Assembly (NCBI RefSeq): GCF_006345805.1
Contig: NC_043003.1
Span: forward strand, 88,412,001 to 88,476,000
DNA length: 64,000 nucleotides
Origin: Octopus sinensis
Lineage: Eukaryota
Reading direction: 5' to 3'
Shown: positions 1 to 12,425 of the stretch, one piece after another
Position numbering within the stretch: the first letter of the stretch is position 1
How the letters are laid out: the number at the start of each line of letters is the position of its first letter
The notes under the pieces: generated by a model
Told to the model about the DNA's origin: nothing
The model's database searches: none
Seen by the model: only the letters and a program-made list of their open reading frames with translations
Translations under genes and position numbers: made by a program

Positions 1-93
1 AATAGTATTAATATTTTTATACAAGAGAACACTCAATATAAATTCAGTATAAAATATTCTTATTGAATATATTTACCTAAAGATTTATATATA

Positions 94-481
94 CTAGCAG
101 TATCACCCGGTGTGGCTTGGGTTTGTTTCGACCCTATAGAATTGAAACTTTTGAAAAGTAAAAATTTTGCATTATGCAACTTGTTATTCTCTTCAAGTGA
201 ACATTTTTCCAGTTGAAATACACCGAAAAATGGTGACACAGCAGTCAAAAATCGTAAAAAATAGGGATTTTCATAGAAAAAAAGCACCTTTTTGATGTAA
301 ATAATTTTTGGTGTTAACATGGTCCGATTTAAATTTTATCGTCTACAGAATGAAGAGCAAGCCTTCTATCATACTCTCAATTTTGGTCAACTTGCGCTGC
401 AGGGTCTCGAAGGAGATAGTGTTAGTTGAAGGCTATCAAACCTGCCACACACACAGACAACTTCAGCTTTATATATATAGA
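94..481 (-). mobile_element. Non-autonomous Helitron
   Basis: Minus-strand 5' end TCTATATATATAAAGC at 481. The 3' end has a GC hairpin (106-121) followed by CTAG (94-97). A|T flanks. Confidence 0.85.
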
Positions 482-1166
482 TTTGCTACACACTACTTTC
501 CATCCTTAATAATGAAACTTGGTAGTTCCAAAAGTTAAACACACAGATATACACACAGACACACAAGTTGAGTTTTATATATATAGATTTCTCAACGGGG
601 ATTTCAGGGGGAGTTTCAGGGAGTTGCTGGCGATGTATTGTGATGATCAAAAATCCGGCCTGCTAAAATTTGGTTAAAGTGATTCAAACTGCAGACTCAA
701 TGCAAAATGGTCACATTTAATTCAAAGCGTTAAAAATGTTATGAAAACAATTGGTATGTGTTCACAAAGTTCAAACGATTAATACGAAAAAAAACCTCCA
801 GGCTACATCCCGAAATTCATTTCTTTGCCGAATTTCTACAATGTTTATGGTGATTCGTTTTTATATCGTGATTTTTTTATTTTTCATGCAATTTACGCAT
901 GCTTGCACGCGTGGTGAACACAGTTCACGTCAAACAGCTGCCTGAGTAAAGTTCACTATTCAATGCATGGGATAAGGCCTAAACAAACACATTATCGATT
1001 TTTGCACTTGCGAGATGAATTTCGGAACAGAAATAGCGCAGTTCAATTTTCATTCGCCTAAACTTTAAGTGACCCATGTTTGGTGGTTCTACAATTTGTT
1101 GGCTAGGAGGAGATGTGCCGGGAAGTTAAACACACAGACACACAAGTTGAGTTTTATATATATAGA
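482..1166 (-). mobile_element. Two further Helitron 5' portions stacked upstream of the 94-481 element
   Basis: TCTATATATATAAAACTCAACTTGTGTGTCTGTGTG starts at both 587 and 1166. No hairpin+CTAG terminus of their own is visible. Confidence 0.7.
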
Positions 1167-1440
1167 TATTATTATTATGTATATTTATTTATTTAATTAT
1201 TTTGTTTTTATCTTGGACCTGAAGAGTGACTATATTTAAATTGAATTGATTTTAATGTTATCAGTTTGAAAATATAGCCACGAAACACATGTAGTCCTTT
1301 TACCAATTATATACTTTTTATTTATTATTTTGTACTTTACTCAATTATTGGTATATGTTTTATTGTATATTTAATTTTTTTCTGTATGGCATAATTTAAT
1401 CAGATCAATGTTATTTCATTGTTGAATTGATAAAAGGTGT
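1167..1440 (+). mobile_element. Penelope-like element terminal-repeat (pLTR) fragment
   Basis: T-rich segment containing a complete minimal hammerhead motif, the typical content of PLE pLTRs. No ORF. Confidence 0.5.
1215..1297 (+). ncRNA. Minimal type I hammerhead ribozyme motif (intact core)
   Basis: GGAC-CTGAAGA-GTG(a)CTATATTT...AAATATAG(c)CAC-GAA-ACACATGT-A-GTCC. Stem I is GGAC/GTCC, stem II is extended, stem III is ACA/TGT. GUA cleavage triplet at 1291-1293. Confidence 0.8.
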
Positions 1441-1480
1441 TTTTTTTCTAATTTATACACACACGCCCACACACATACAT

Positions 1481-2235
1481 GGGGCCAGACAGAGCTGGCA
1501 AACGGCCACGAACGGATGGTGCTTTTACGTGCCACCGACATGGGGCCAGACAGAGCTGGCAAACAGCCATGAACGGACGGTGCTTTTACGTGTCACCGGC
1601 ACGGGGCCAGGCGAGGCTGGCAACGAACACAAAGCATCATCCGTTTGTGTTCGTTGCCAGCCTCGCCTGGCCCCGTGCCGGTGACACGTAAAAGCACCGT
1701 CCGTTCATGGCCGTTTGCCAGCTCTGTCTGGCCCCGTGTCAGTGGCACGTAAAAGCACCATCTGTTCGTGTCCGTTTGCCAGCTCTGTCTGGCCCCGTGT
1801 CGGTGGCACGTAAAAGCACCATCCGTTCATGTCCGTTGCCAGCCTCGGCTGGCCTCCGTGCCGGTGACACGTAAAAGCACCGTCCGTTTTTGGCCGTTTG
1901 CCAGCTCTGTCTGGCCCCGTGTCGGTGGCACGTAAAAGCACCATCCGTTCGTGTCCGTTGCCAGCATCGCCTGGCCCCGTGCTGGTGACACGTAAAAGCA
2001 CCATTCGTTCGTGGCCGTTCGCCAGCTCTCTCTGGCACCTGTGCAGGTGGCACGTAAAAAACACCCACTACACTCGCGGAGTGGTTGGCGTTAGGAAGGG
2101 CATCCAGCCGTAGAAACACTGCCAGATCTGACTGGGCCTGACGAAGCCTTCCAGCTTGACAGACCCCAGTTGACCCGTCCAACCCATGCTAGCATGGAAA
2201 GCGGACGCTAAACGATGATGATGATGATGATGATG
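1481..2235 (+). mobile_element. 5'-truncated RTE LINE 3' UTR (~60-bp minisatellite plus tail) with an inverted 5' segment
   Basis: The ~60-bp units and the tail ...AACCCATGCTAGCATGGAAAGCGGACGCTAAAC(GAT)n match the 3' ends of the RT-bearing RTE copies at 16110-16761, 34722-34999 and 60516-61090. 1481-1633 is inverted relative to the rest. Confidence 0.85.
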
Positions 2236-2246
2236 TGTGTGTATAT

Positions 2247-2893
2247 AGTTAAGTTAAGTTAAGTTATTTTTAGGCTCAAAAAGCAAAAGCAAGGCCATGT
2301 AGGGAGACATGGAGTTATGTACAGGGAGGGTGTTCATGCAAAAAGTTCAGGCCATTTGTGGTCAAGATAGACTTTGAACCAAGCAGTCTTCACTATCTCG
2401 TCCGGCAGCTTATTCCACGGATCCGCAACCCAGACGGAGAAATCCCTTCTCCTTCGATTGAGATGAAATCATCGCAGATAGAGCTTTTCGGAGTGACCCT
2501 GCAGCTGACGCTCTGGAGCAGGAGTGAAGAACAGCTCTTTCGAGAGGTTACACTTTCCGCTTATGATGTTGTGAGCGACAATGAGATCAGCACGGCATCG
2601 TCGTTTTTCAAGAAAATAAAGGTCGAGCGTTTTCAGCCTTTCTTCATAAGGCAAATGCTTGAGACCAAGAACAATGTGGGTAGCCAGCTTCTGGACTCTT
2701 TCGAGATGATGTATACCTTTGAGAATGTATACCTTGATGTATACCTTTGTGACATAGAGTGGTAGGATTATGGCTGCTGTGAGTATTCCGAATAACCGTT
2801 GAATCAAAAACAGAACTCCGCGTGCTTTGTCTGCAGCATGGACGCTTTGGGCTGAAGGCGAAAAGGAAGAATCCACCAAGATACCCAGGTCCT
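2247..2893 (-). mobile_element. 5'-truncated CR1/L2-group LINE (RT C-terminus and tail)
   Basis: Translation KDLGILVDSSFSPSAQ...LERVQKLAT...LPYEERLKTLDLYFLEKRRCRADLI is the CR1-group RT C-terminus. (AACTT)n tail at 2247-2265. Confidence 0.85.
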
Positions 2894-2929
2894 TTATATA
2901 TATATAGATATATATATATATATACAAAT

Positions 2930-4128
2930 TGAGATAGGGGTTGTAAATGCAACCCTCCATGGGATAACATATATTCAATATACTGCAAGTGAATATAAGT
3001 AAAGGTTTTATTTGTATGTATGAGTGCGTAGACATATATTTAAATATGTATATATATGTGGGTGTGAATGTTCCCTGATACAGTATATGGGATTGTATTA
3101 ATATCTATGAGTATATGCGGATGTGCGTGTGAGTGTGTGTGTTAGTGTATAGACAATGCGTCCTGTACTGATTTGTCTATAAGCCATGCGATAACAGACA
3201 TACACTCTGCAATCTAGTAAATGTGTAGGGATGTGTCGGGGTTTATTCATGTGTGCGTGCATGTGTGTGTGGGTTTAGGGTTGAATGTGGATGTATATGT
3301 TTTTCTTGTGCGGTGTGAGGGCAGCTCTCAACGGACCAACCATGAGGTAGACAATGATAATTTAAATTCAAATCCAATAGTGTATTTATGTCATAAGGAA
3401 AATTACTAAATGGAACCCGGACATACTTATGTGCCACTTTGGATCCTAATGTAAGCGATATTAATAATATTATGAATGATAATGATGGTAGCATTAATGG
3501 TATTGACAACGATAATGATGCCAACTTTAATGGCATTTTTGAAATAAGTAGGAAGTAATATAATGTACTATTGACTGTGTATATTTGCATCTAGGTACTA
3601 ATATGTGTATGTTTATTATCACAATATTAAGTTGAAAAACTGAAACATTGAATGTGGAACATATATATGTTTACTAATTTATATTATTTATTTGCATTAT
3701 TATGTATATGTATATTTTTATATGTATAGGAGTGTGAGTATATGCACTCATATGTATATGTATATCTCCGAAGATACTTTTGTAAATTTCTCATTTATAT
3801 CCATATATTGACCAACCATAATAGGCTAATATTGGTAAAATGAGACATACTTATTTACATGGCCGAAACAGCTGTAAGATGTAATTTATACTTATATTTA
3901 TATTTACTTATATTTATATTCTCTTTTTTATACATATTCTACTTATTATACAACATTACTCTTTTATGTACACTTTTTTATATACATTCCTTTATGTACA
4001 CTTATTTGTTCTGCTTTTTTATGTTTAACCCTACAGTCTCTTATGTGGTGGTTTAATAAAGTATGTGATTGAGTATTATCTGATAATTGATATTTGATTT
4101 AGATGTATTTCTCCATTTTCTTATCTTG

Positions 4129-4130
<2 letters not shown>
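2930..4130 (+). mobile_element. Penelope-like element 3' / pLTR fragment
   Basis: GCCGAAACAGCTGT at 3862-3875 is shared with 51672-51685. The end at 4075-4125 (ctgataattgatatttgatttagatgtatttctccattttc) resembles 51820-51865 of the PLE at 46905-52048. Confidence 0.6.
3761..3883 (+). ncRNA. Degenerate hammerhead relic
   Basis: TATATCT-CCGAAGA...GGCC-GAA-ACAGCTGT-A-AGATGTA. Stems I and III are good, but the core has U4>C and stem II does not pair. Confidence 0.5.
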
Positions 4131-4196
<66 letters not shown>

Positions 4197-4314
4197 CAGA
4201 CAATAGGTGAGAGCTAGATCTACTCAGTATAGAAAATACATAGTGATGCTCAAATGAATTTATATACGTATGTACATATATATGGCACACATCTCACACA
4301 CACACACATCTTAC

Positions 4315-4452
4315 CTTGCCTAGTCCATAATTTTTTGTAGGAGTGTTCACACAGATGAAAATCAGTTCCGCTTCCAAAATAGCTTTATCAACATCTGTAG
4401 AGAAGAAGAGATTCTTGTTGCGACATTTTCGTACCACTTCATCCAGACCAGG
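4315..4452 (-). CDS. UGDH: UDP-glucose 6-dehydrogenase, second coding exon
   Basis: 138 nt, phase 0 at both ends: [46 protein letters not shown]. It directly continues ...LPIFE|PGL as in animal UGDH. Flanked by acceptor ttttatag and donor GTAAG. I found no further exon in 1-4314. Confidence 0.97.
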
Positions 4453-5199
4453 CTATAAAAATTTCAAGAATAACAACATTGGTTTTTTTTACATAGTTAT
4501 AAAGCCAACATTTTGAGAACGACAGAAAGGATTTTACATTGCTTATGCCTTTCTCCAAGTTAAAACAAGTGAACCTTACTTCTTACTCTATAGCATTTTA
4601 AACAATGCTAGATAATAAGCATAATGTTACTAATTAACACTAAATAGTACAAAACAAAATCAAAAACAATCAAATCACATTATTTTTGGACAAGTCTGCT
4701 TTCACTGATTTGGAAATTAAGGCCAAATTGTGATATTGTTATTTAGGGTACATGTTGAGAGAGCAATCCTTTCATGCCAGAACATTGCTTGGAAAGAGAT
4801 TAAGAAGTTTTTAGAAAAGCCCTTAGTGCCTAGAGGTAGAGATAAGACATACATAAGGAAAGTAATTACAAGTTATCACCATAAAGTGGTAAGTTAGGAA
4901 TGTGATTTTTAAAAAGATGACAAAAGAATAGGGCAATATCATGAATTTGAAAACTGTGTCCACAGATTACAAAGCAGGAAACTCATAAACATAACAAAAT
5001 CAGAAACACATTAAAACACATTCCTAACGGAAGTGTTGCACTCATAAATAGTTATAACTATTTGTAACAACCTTATTAAATTCCAAATCGAGAAGCTAGA
5101 TAAAATCACTACAATTTTAAAGCAGAACAAAAGTCAAGTGAGGCTGTTTCACTCCATGTCATCAACCTTCTATATAGACCCATAAATATTTTAGAAAGA

Positions 5200-5330
5200 T
5201 TCATTTGTGATTTCAAAAACATATACCCCTCTCTAAATCACAACACAGATTTAGATCACTGCTCTCAACCAACAAACTACTCCTGAAACTGACAGAGAAG
5301 ATTCAACATGATGAGTTCATCAACAGCAAA
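5200..5330 (+). mobile_element. Possible highly decayed LINE RT relic
   Basis: One frame reads LSKSQHRFRSLLSTNKLLLKLTEKIQ, resembling the QxGFRxxxST..LLxLTExI motif of Jockey/I-group RTs. No other convincing motif nearby. Confidence 0.3.
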
Positions 5331-6752
5331 AACCCACAAATACCATTCTGACATCAATATAAGTAAAAATTTTAACTTTATCCTCCACTTATCTACAGAA
5401 TGCTCAATACCATAAGAAACAACACAAAATGCTGGTTATCAAACTAGCTATTATGTCACATGCCAATCTAGAGTACAAAAACAAGATTTCCAGAATTTAC
5501 AACTTTGTACAAGAATTCATACTCTTGTAGTGAAATTCCTCTCTCCCCTTTATTATATATATGTACATACGAATGTAGCAGATAATAGCTAACCTTTGGC
5601 TGCTATTTGGACCCCATTATGTCCACTACTCTGATTGGTTGCTATTGGTGCAATTTGTCTCATCACATCAATATGCAACCTATCCTATCAAAGTCCCTAA
5701 ATAAGATCACATGAGACAGCCTGTTCACAATCCAATTTGAGCCTACCATTACTTATAAAAACCCAGCTATTCCTCATATCAAAATCTTTGGTTCCAGACT
5801 TTCTAAGATCTAGCCAATGACCACACAAGTCACAGCCAGTTCCAGCAACAATGCCAGACAACACCCGTCCAACAGCATTATAGTGGCTTCCATCTTTGTT
5901 GCCACAATCATGTTTCTCACCAACGTTGTCAACAACATCTCTACATACACAGCACCAGCAAGACTGCACAGGTTCTAACATAGCACTGTTCATGAACTAC
6001 TTCACCATGGTTAACAGCAAAGATACAACCTGCAAGAACTGTACAAGTGACCCAGGCAGCAGCATTACAGTCACAACTTCATATGACACACCGCAACCGG
6101 CTCTGCATCATTGCCACAACTTCTTGATACAGTAATTATATCACTGTGTACAATTGACTACAAGCTGCTATTTCTCATTCGTGTGTCTATAAACATTCAT
6201 CTAACTTCTCATTTTCCACTTTCTTCTTCTTCATTGTTCTTATATGTACTTAATACACACACAGACACACATACACTTTGTTTTCATGACAGCCTGTCAT
6301 TTATTTTGCATACATAACACACAATAAAATCTCTCTCAAACATTCAAGTCAGTTTTATCTCTTCTCTTTTTCCAACTGGCACATCATATGCATTATTACA
6401 GCCTTCTGATCTGAGTTGCTATCAGATGGTCACACCACACTTCACCATGACCATCTATACTCTACCCACTCTTTAAAACCTATGGGACCATATCACATCT
6501 CCTAAAGACACACATAATATGGCACATCACCCTCCCCCACCAATATTCTCTTGACATATAACAGCACAACTACTTCAACGCAACATAACTCAAAAACAAC
6601 ACTTTAAGTATCTTGTTTTGGAACTTGCTTCCATTTCACATATGACATCAGAAAATATCAAATATAATCAATCATGATACTCAATAACATAAACATGGGA
6701 CACCCCAATATAGAACAATACTACAACACCCTACAACAACACAGAGAAGACA

Positions 6753-7767
6753 TCTTTATATATATAAAACTGAGAATGTGTGTCTGTCTGTCTGTGTGTT
6801 TCCCTAAAACTTGAGATCTACACAACCAATTTCATTCAAATTTTACACATGCCTTACTTAGGGTCCGGGGGGTGTCATCGGCAATAAAAATTTTCAACTT
6901 CTTGCCTAGAGCGAGCCCATGGCAATATCATATCTTCTCCACTATTTCAGTATTACGTGTTAAAAGTGAAACAAAAACGTTTCTCTATACTTTCACTTTA
7001 ACAATAAAAATAATAATAATAACAATTGAATTATATGTAGTAAGTAATAATTAAAATCAAACTAAAGTATAATATAATCGTAACATAACAAAAGTAAAAA
7101 TAGCAATTGGTATAAAATTGCATCAATGACTTGAACTTGAATAAGTGGTTTCACATGAATGGGAATAAATTAAAAATAAAATTAGCGTGCAGAAATGGAA
7201 TAGTCCAGATGGATAATAAAAAATTAAATTAAAGAAAAGACTATTGTCTATAAAGTATACAGTGTAGAGAAAAAAGAAGATTTGAACACCTGGAGGAAAG
7301 CACCTTCAAAAAGTGTCTTGGTGTGACTATGAAAGGTATCTAACCAGAGGCGGTAAATTCGCCACAATAGAAGCAAGGTTCGAGTCAACGGAGCGTGCAA
7401 GGGAGTACTCGACTCGAACTTGCAAAGTGGAAATATTTTATTTTTACCTTTATATCTGGGACATAGGACGTGCCGGATAAAAATTTAAAATGTCCCTCCC
7501 CCCCAGAAGTTGGGGTAGGCTGGAATGTAGCCACACTTCTATACAAGAGGGAGGACAAGATACAATTGATCGAAATTACAAGAGACGGGCTAACAATTCC
7601 AGTCTGTTATATATTTTGAGTATTGTTATCACTAGCGATATCAAGATATAACTTTGTATTTTGTATTTTATGTGTAGATGTATATATATAGATGTACATG
7701 TAATATGTACACATATATATACATGCACTAGCACTATGACACGGCAACGACGGGTCTTTAATGCTAG
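6753..7767 (+). mobile_element. Complete non-autonomous Helitron (1015 bp)
   Basis: A|TCTTTATATATATAAAACTG at the 5' end. Hairpin GACACGGCAACGACGGGTC (7738-7756), then CTAG|T at 7764-7768. About 7535-7720 matches the reverse complement of about 58040-58210. Confidence 0.9.
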
Positions 7768-10700
7768 TAGTAAATAAAGCAAAATGATAGACCTACTTTG
7801 ATTACTCATAAGTATCTCATTTGTCCAGCAGAAATAATGTTGGTGACATTACAGATTATGCTAGTTGTTGCCTTGGTCCCCAATCTCTTCACAGCAAACT
7901 CAGAGAATATAAAATAGTGCACTTTACATCATCACAGGTTGTACTCAAACCACAGCCAGAGGCCATCTACACAACCAGACAAAAATATCAAAAAAAGATA
8001 ATGTGTAACTGTAATGAGTAAAGTTTGTTACCACAGTAAACGCCAATCCATACAATTCCTGCCACTACATGAAAATCACCTGCAAACTGCCATACACATA
8101 CACAAGTACAATATCCCTGAACACTACCACAGCAGCATCAAACCAATGAAAGCCTTTATATGGTGCCCAACCTGCTAGAAATAGTAACTAAAATACCTTC
8201 AAATCACACCTTATTGTCCTGTGGTCCAAGATATCCTGTACATAGTGAAAAGATGGTATGGCCATGGTTGGATAATCTTTAATGTCTCAAGAGTTAACTT
8301 GGGTTAAACAACAACTGCCTCTTCCTAAAATCACTTTTTCTTCTTTAAAATATCAAGGTAACTTTTGCATGGTCACTGTACTTCTTGGAAATAGTAGCTA
8401 AATCCCCTGAAAATATTGGTTTGAAGAATCTGATTTGTATGCCAGAAAATATCTGAAATATATACCACACTTCTGTTTTTCTCTTCAACCACAAACGTTG
8501 AACAGGTCATTGTTTAGCAGCAGGAATGAACTATTTGAATAAACTTATTATCAAGTGCATTACAGCTGAAACTTTTTTTTTTTTGCAAACCTTGATAATA
8601 ATCCTATTATCAAGATTTGCAGAAATCTGGTTGCTCTTTCTAGCAAGGAGTAACTGCATAGAAGCTGTGACATTCATTTGATCAGCACATTTTTGTAGAT
8701 ACTGTATCAGAAGAATTCAAAATGTTATTTATTTCAGTCGATGTTAACAAACATTTCTGTATGTTTAGTTGGGGTCCCAATTACTAAATACTTCAAGAGA
8801 GCTGTCTCCCTTCTGGTGAAGATTTCCATCAATATAGAAATGTACACATGGTTATCTTCCATGTTTATTGAGGATAAAAATTACACATAGTCATCAATTA
8901 ATACCATTTTATTTTACCTCAAATTTGATTTTCCTTTGATTGTTTTATGCTCTTTGCATTTAAATATGTTTTCACCTGTTTCATTGATAGACTTAAAAGT
9001 GTTGCCTGGTTTAATATCCCCAGAATGCTGTTAGTGGAGTTCACTGTTGAATTCGATATGACTGGGTCTTGGTTTTGAGGATAACTTCATCTCTTCTTCC
9101 AATTAGCTTCAGAGGTCCTCCTTTGATTAAGTGATAAATCCCCATTTTTTTTATTAACTGATAAACCTCTTCCCCACAAAACCTCCTGTTAAATATCATG
9201 TGGGATAGCATCTCAGACTAATTAAATATTTATTACACTACCTTTATCCTGTAATTCCCTGAAAAGACTATGAGTTCTCTCTCTCTCATTCCCCACACAC
9301 GCTACTTTGTCAGACTGACAAATAAGAGACTGCTGTGTGTAACATACATTAATGTTTAGATCTAGGCATGTGGAGTCTTTGCTTGTCTTTTTTCTTTTTC
9401 TACTGGAGTGTAACAGATATTTGCATTTAAAAGAATTGAATGAATTTCCAAACTAGCAGCTGAATAACCAGAGCCAGACACTTTTACAAGAAGTTCTTAT
9501 AATTCAACCAGAGTTAAGACCTTGTTTAGCTATGCCTTATCAATGTCATGCGCTTCAATGAATATCTGTGAAAATTAATCAGTCTTGGCAGAAGTCAGTA
9601 GAGGTAGTTATGGTGGTGTTAGAAATAAATATTCACTGTATTAGGTGGAAGTAGAAGACAAGGCAGGCACCTATGCATACTAAGACAAAGAGAAAGAAAC
9701 AAACAAAAGCAAAAGACTTAGTAGGCGCTCACTCTAGAGAAAGCCAGATTGATAGAAAAAGAAAATGGGTAGTTAGGTATACATTAGAGAAAACTGATGA
9801 AAGTTTACAGTTTGTTTACATTGTGTGTGATAATGGTAGGTTAAAAGAGGACCAGTTTAGAATAAATAGAGTTCCACTGACAACATAGAAGTACTAATAA
9901 ATAAGCTACAGTACCTCAGTTAACATATTTTGCTAGAATCCAGAATTACAAGACGAGTTCATTTGTTATCTGAATTACAGTTCTGGCTAAGCTGGAGCAC
10001 CATTACATACAAAAGAATAAAGTTGTTAACATCCACTTTTAATAGACATTTGTATATTTCCAAACTAAGTAAAGAGGGGCATTGAACGAGAAAGAATAAA
10101 CTAAGGAAAGACACTGAAGAAGAAAGAATAAACAAAGGAAATTGAAGGAGAAGGGACAAATTAAGTACACTGAAGTAGAAAAATAGACTAATGAAGGACA
10201 ATGAAAAGAAAGAATATATATAGTGAGACAAGATGTCAATGATCCAGCCCTTATTTGTTGTTCTTTCTCACTGTGTTATGCCTATGTTATTGTTATTGTA
10301 TTTTTATTCCAGCGTTAAATTACTGTATTATGTTACTGCATTATGTATGTCGTGTTAGCATATTATGTTATTATGTTATGTCAGTGTTATAGCACTGTAT
10401 TATGTTTGTTATTATTACTGCATTATGTCTTATATTTAGTTTAGACTTACACAAACATAAAAATTGATGAAACTTGGCTTAACAATCTGTTGAACTAAAA
10501 TAAATGCAATAGTTTATTCTATATTTCATCTTCTGCATCTGATGAATAGAAATTTTCTTCACTAATTAATGTTAACTATTTATCTACAGAGTCAACAAAC
10601 TAAAATATGACTTCAATGATGAATCATTGAAAAATGGTTGAAAACATTCAGGGAGAGACAACCTTCAGTCTTGCTTATTAATTTTTTTAATAATAATAAA

Positions 10701-10774
10701 CTCACTTGAAAGGAAAAGAAAACTGAACTGTTCATGCACATTTAAAGGGTTTCCATACATTCAGAAGATATTGG

Positions 10775-10895
10775 TCACCCCAAGGTTGTAATTGATGACA
10801 CTTGCCCAAGATGCAACACACAGCAACTGAATCTGAAACCATGTGGTTGCAAAGCAAATTTCTCAAATACATAGCCATGATGGTGTCTATCACAA
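10775..10895 (-). mobile_element. Old SINE fragment with CORE-like block
   Basis: The minus strand reads ...ttgcaaccacatggtttcagattcagttgc...atcttgggcaagtgtc: a tRNA-like head plus the CORE-type CTTGGGCAAG motif. Confidence 0.5.
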
Positions 10896-10981
10896 ATGTT
10901 TCTTTTTTTAGATATTATTTTAAGAAGTAACTCAAAATACATGGTAACAATTCAAAAAGCACCAGCTCCTAATACATACAT

Positions 10982-11115
10982 ACATATATATCATCATCAT
11001 TATCATTTAATGCTGACATGGGCTGGGTGGTTTGATAGGATCTCTTGTGCTCTAATATCTGCTTTGGTATGGTTTCTATGGCTGGCTGCCTTTCCTAATG
11101 CCAACCATAGACTGT
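10982..11115 (-). mobile_element. Older copy of the (GAT)n-tailed RTE/SINE 3' end
   Basis: (CAT)n, then a diverged version of the ggatgcccttcctaacgccaacc block (ggctgcctttcctaatgccaacc). Confidence 0.6.
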
Positions 11116-12115
11116 TTTTTTTATGCCACCTACACATACACATATATTCCAGAGGTGACAAGTTCAAAAGGAGGTTATGTCCAGCTCCATAGAATAAAAG
11201 ATAAGTCTGAGAATGAATAAAAATATTTTATCCACAACTCTTAGTCTGACAAAATATATTGTTTCATCTTTGGCTCATCAAGAACTAAGGAATAAAATTT
11301 CAGAAGAATTGGTGAATTTGTCTACAACAATTCATCTATGGATACAATTTATCTACAACAACACACACACAATCAACCACACACACACACACACACACAT
11401 ACACACACATACAACCACACACACACGCACATACAATCATACACAGATGAATTGTAGACAAATTCTTGTAGACAAATTTTCCCTAGAACCAATTATAATG
11501 TATGATAAAAAGGAAAGAGAAAAAAGGAAAATCATAAATACGCACATATATATATATACACACACATATAAACATAGAACATACACACACACAAACATAT
11601 AAATAATGTAAAACATATATCAGGTGTTTTATTTTATGATGGAGAACAAAATAAAGTAAGATAAATTGACTTAACCACATAACTGTTAAGCAATTTTTTG
11701 TAAGTTTGTGCTTACAGGCAATGATAATTTAGCTTGCTTTCAATGTTTTATTATTAGTAACATTTATTGTGCCCAGTGAACATATGCTGATCTAGTTCCC
11801 TAGACTATGGTACTTGGTGTATCATCTATAATACAGGGTACTTTTTTGATACATTTAAAGATTTTAAAAAGTGTCTTATAAGTCAGCAAATACAGTATTT
11901 CAACTAAGTTAAACAAGGACAGATATCCACTCAAACATTAAGCAGTAACTCTACTATTCTACAAAAATATCTGATTTTACAAACCTAGTAAACATGATAA
12001 AATGATTTTAACAAGATACAGGAAACGAAACCAAAAACAATTTTTAATCATAATAAATTGCATAATTACAATAAGAATTCTATTTTATTTGATAACAAAA
12101 TCAACTAAACCTTAC

Positions 12116-12274
12116 TTCGAATATTGGGAGTTCATCAGAGTTCCACTGAGCAATCCTTTGTTCACTTTTGTCAACAACTGTAACAGTAACATCAGGGCAT
12201 TTCATGGCAATAACACTACAACTTGGACCCCCAACATAACCAGCACCAATACAACAGATTTTTTTCAATTTCAT
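12116..12274 (-). CDS. UGDH: UDP-glucose 6-dehydrogenase, first coding exon (exon 12116-12284, including 10 nt of 5' UTR)
   Basis: The minus strand reads [53 protein letters not shown] (53 codons), which is the Rossmann GAGYVG motif and UGDH N-terminus. Acceptor ttcttttatattgtag ends at 12285 and donor GTAAG starts at 12115. Absent from the ORF track because it is short. Confidence 0.97.
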
Positions 12275-12425
12275 TTTCCAATGTCTACAATATAAAAGAA
12301 AACAGATATCTGTGAGTGTTTAGTTCTACATCAAGTTATGTATAAAAACAATGTAACATTGAATTGAAAGTTTACTCAAAATGTTTTAATAGAGTGCATG
12401 TTTTTAAACGTTTACAAGGAGAACA

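Noticed and set aside
1479-2064. Regular ~60-bp repeats as a CRISPR-like array or repeat protein
   Set aside because: No unique spacers and no cas genes. The units are part of the RTE 3' UTR.
2358-2765. 135-aa plus-strand ORF as a host gene
   Set aside because: Antisense shadow of the CR1-group RT C-terminus. The same applies to ORFs opposite the RTE, Gypsy and hAT coding regions.
8480-9150. Possible ancient PLE RT relic on the minus strand
   Set aside because: Only faint motif resemblance across several frames; not supportable.
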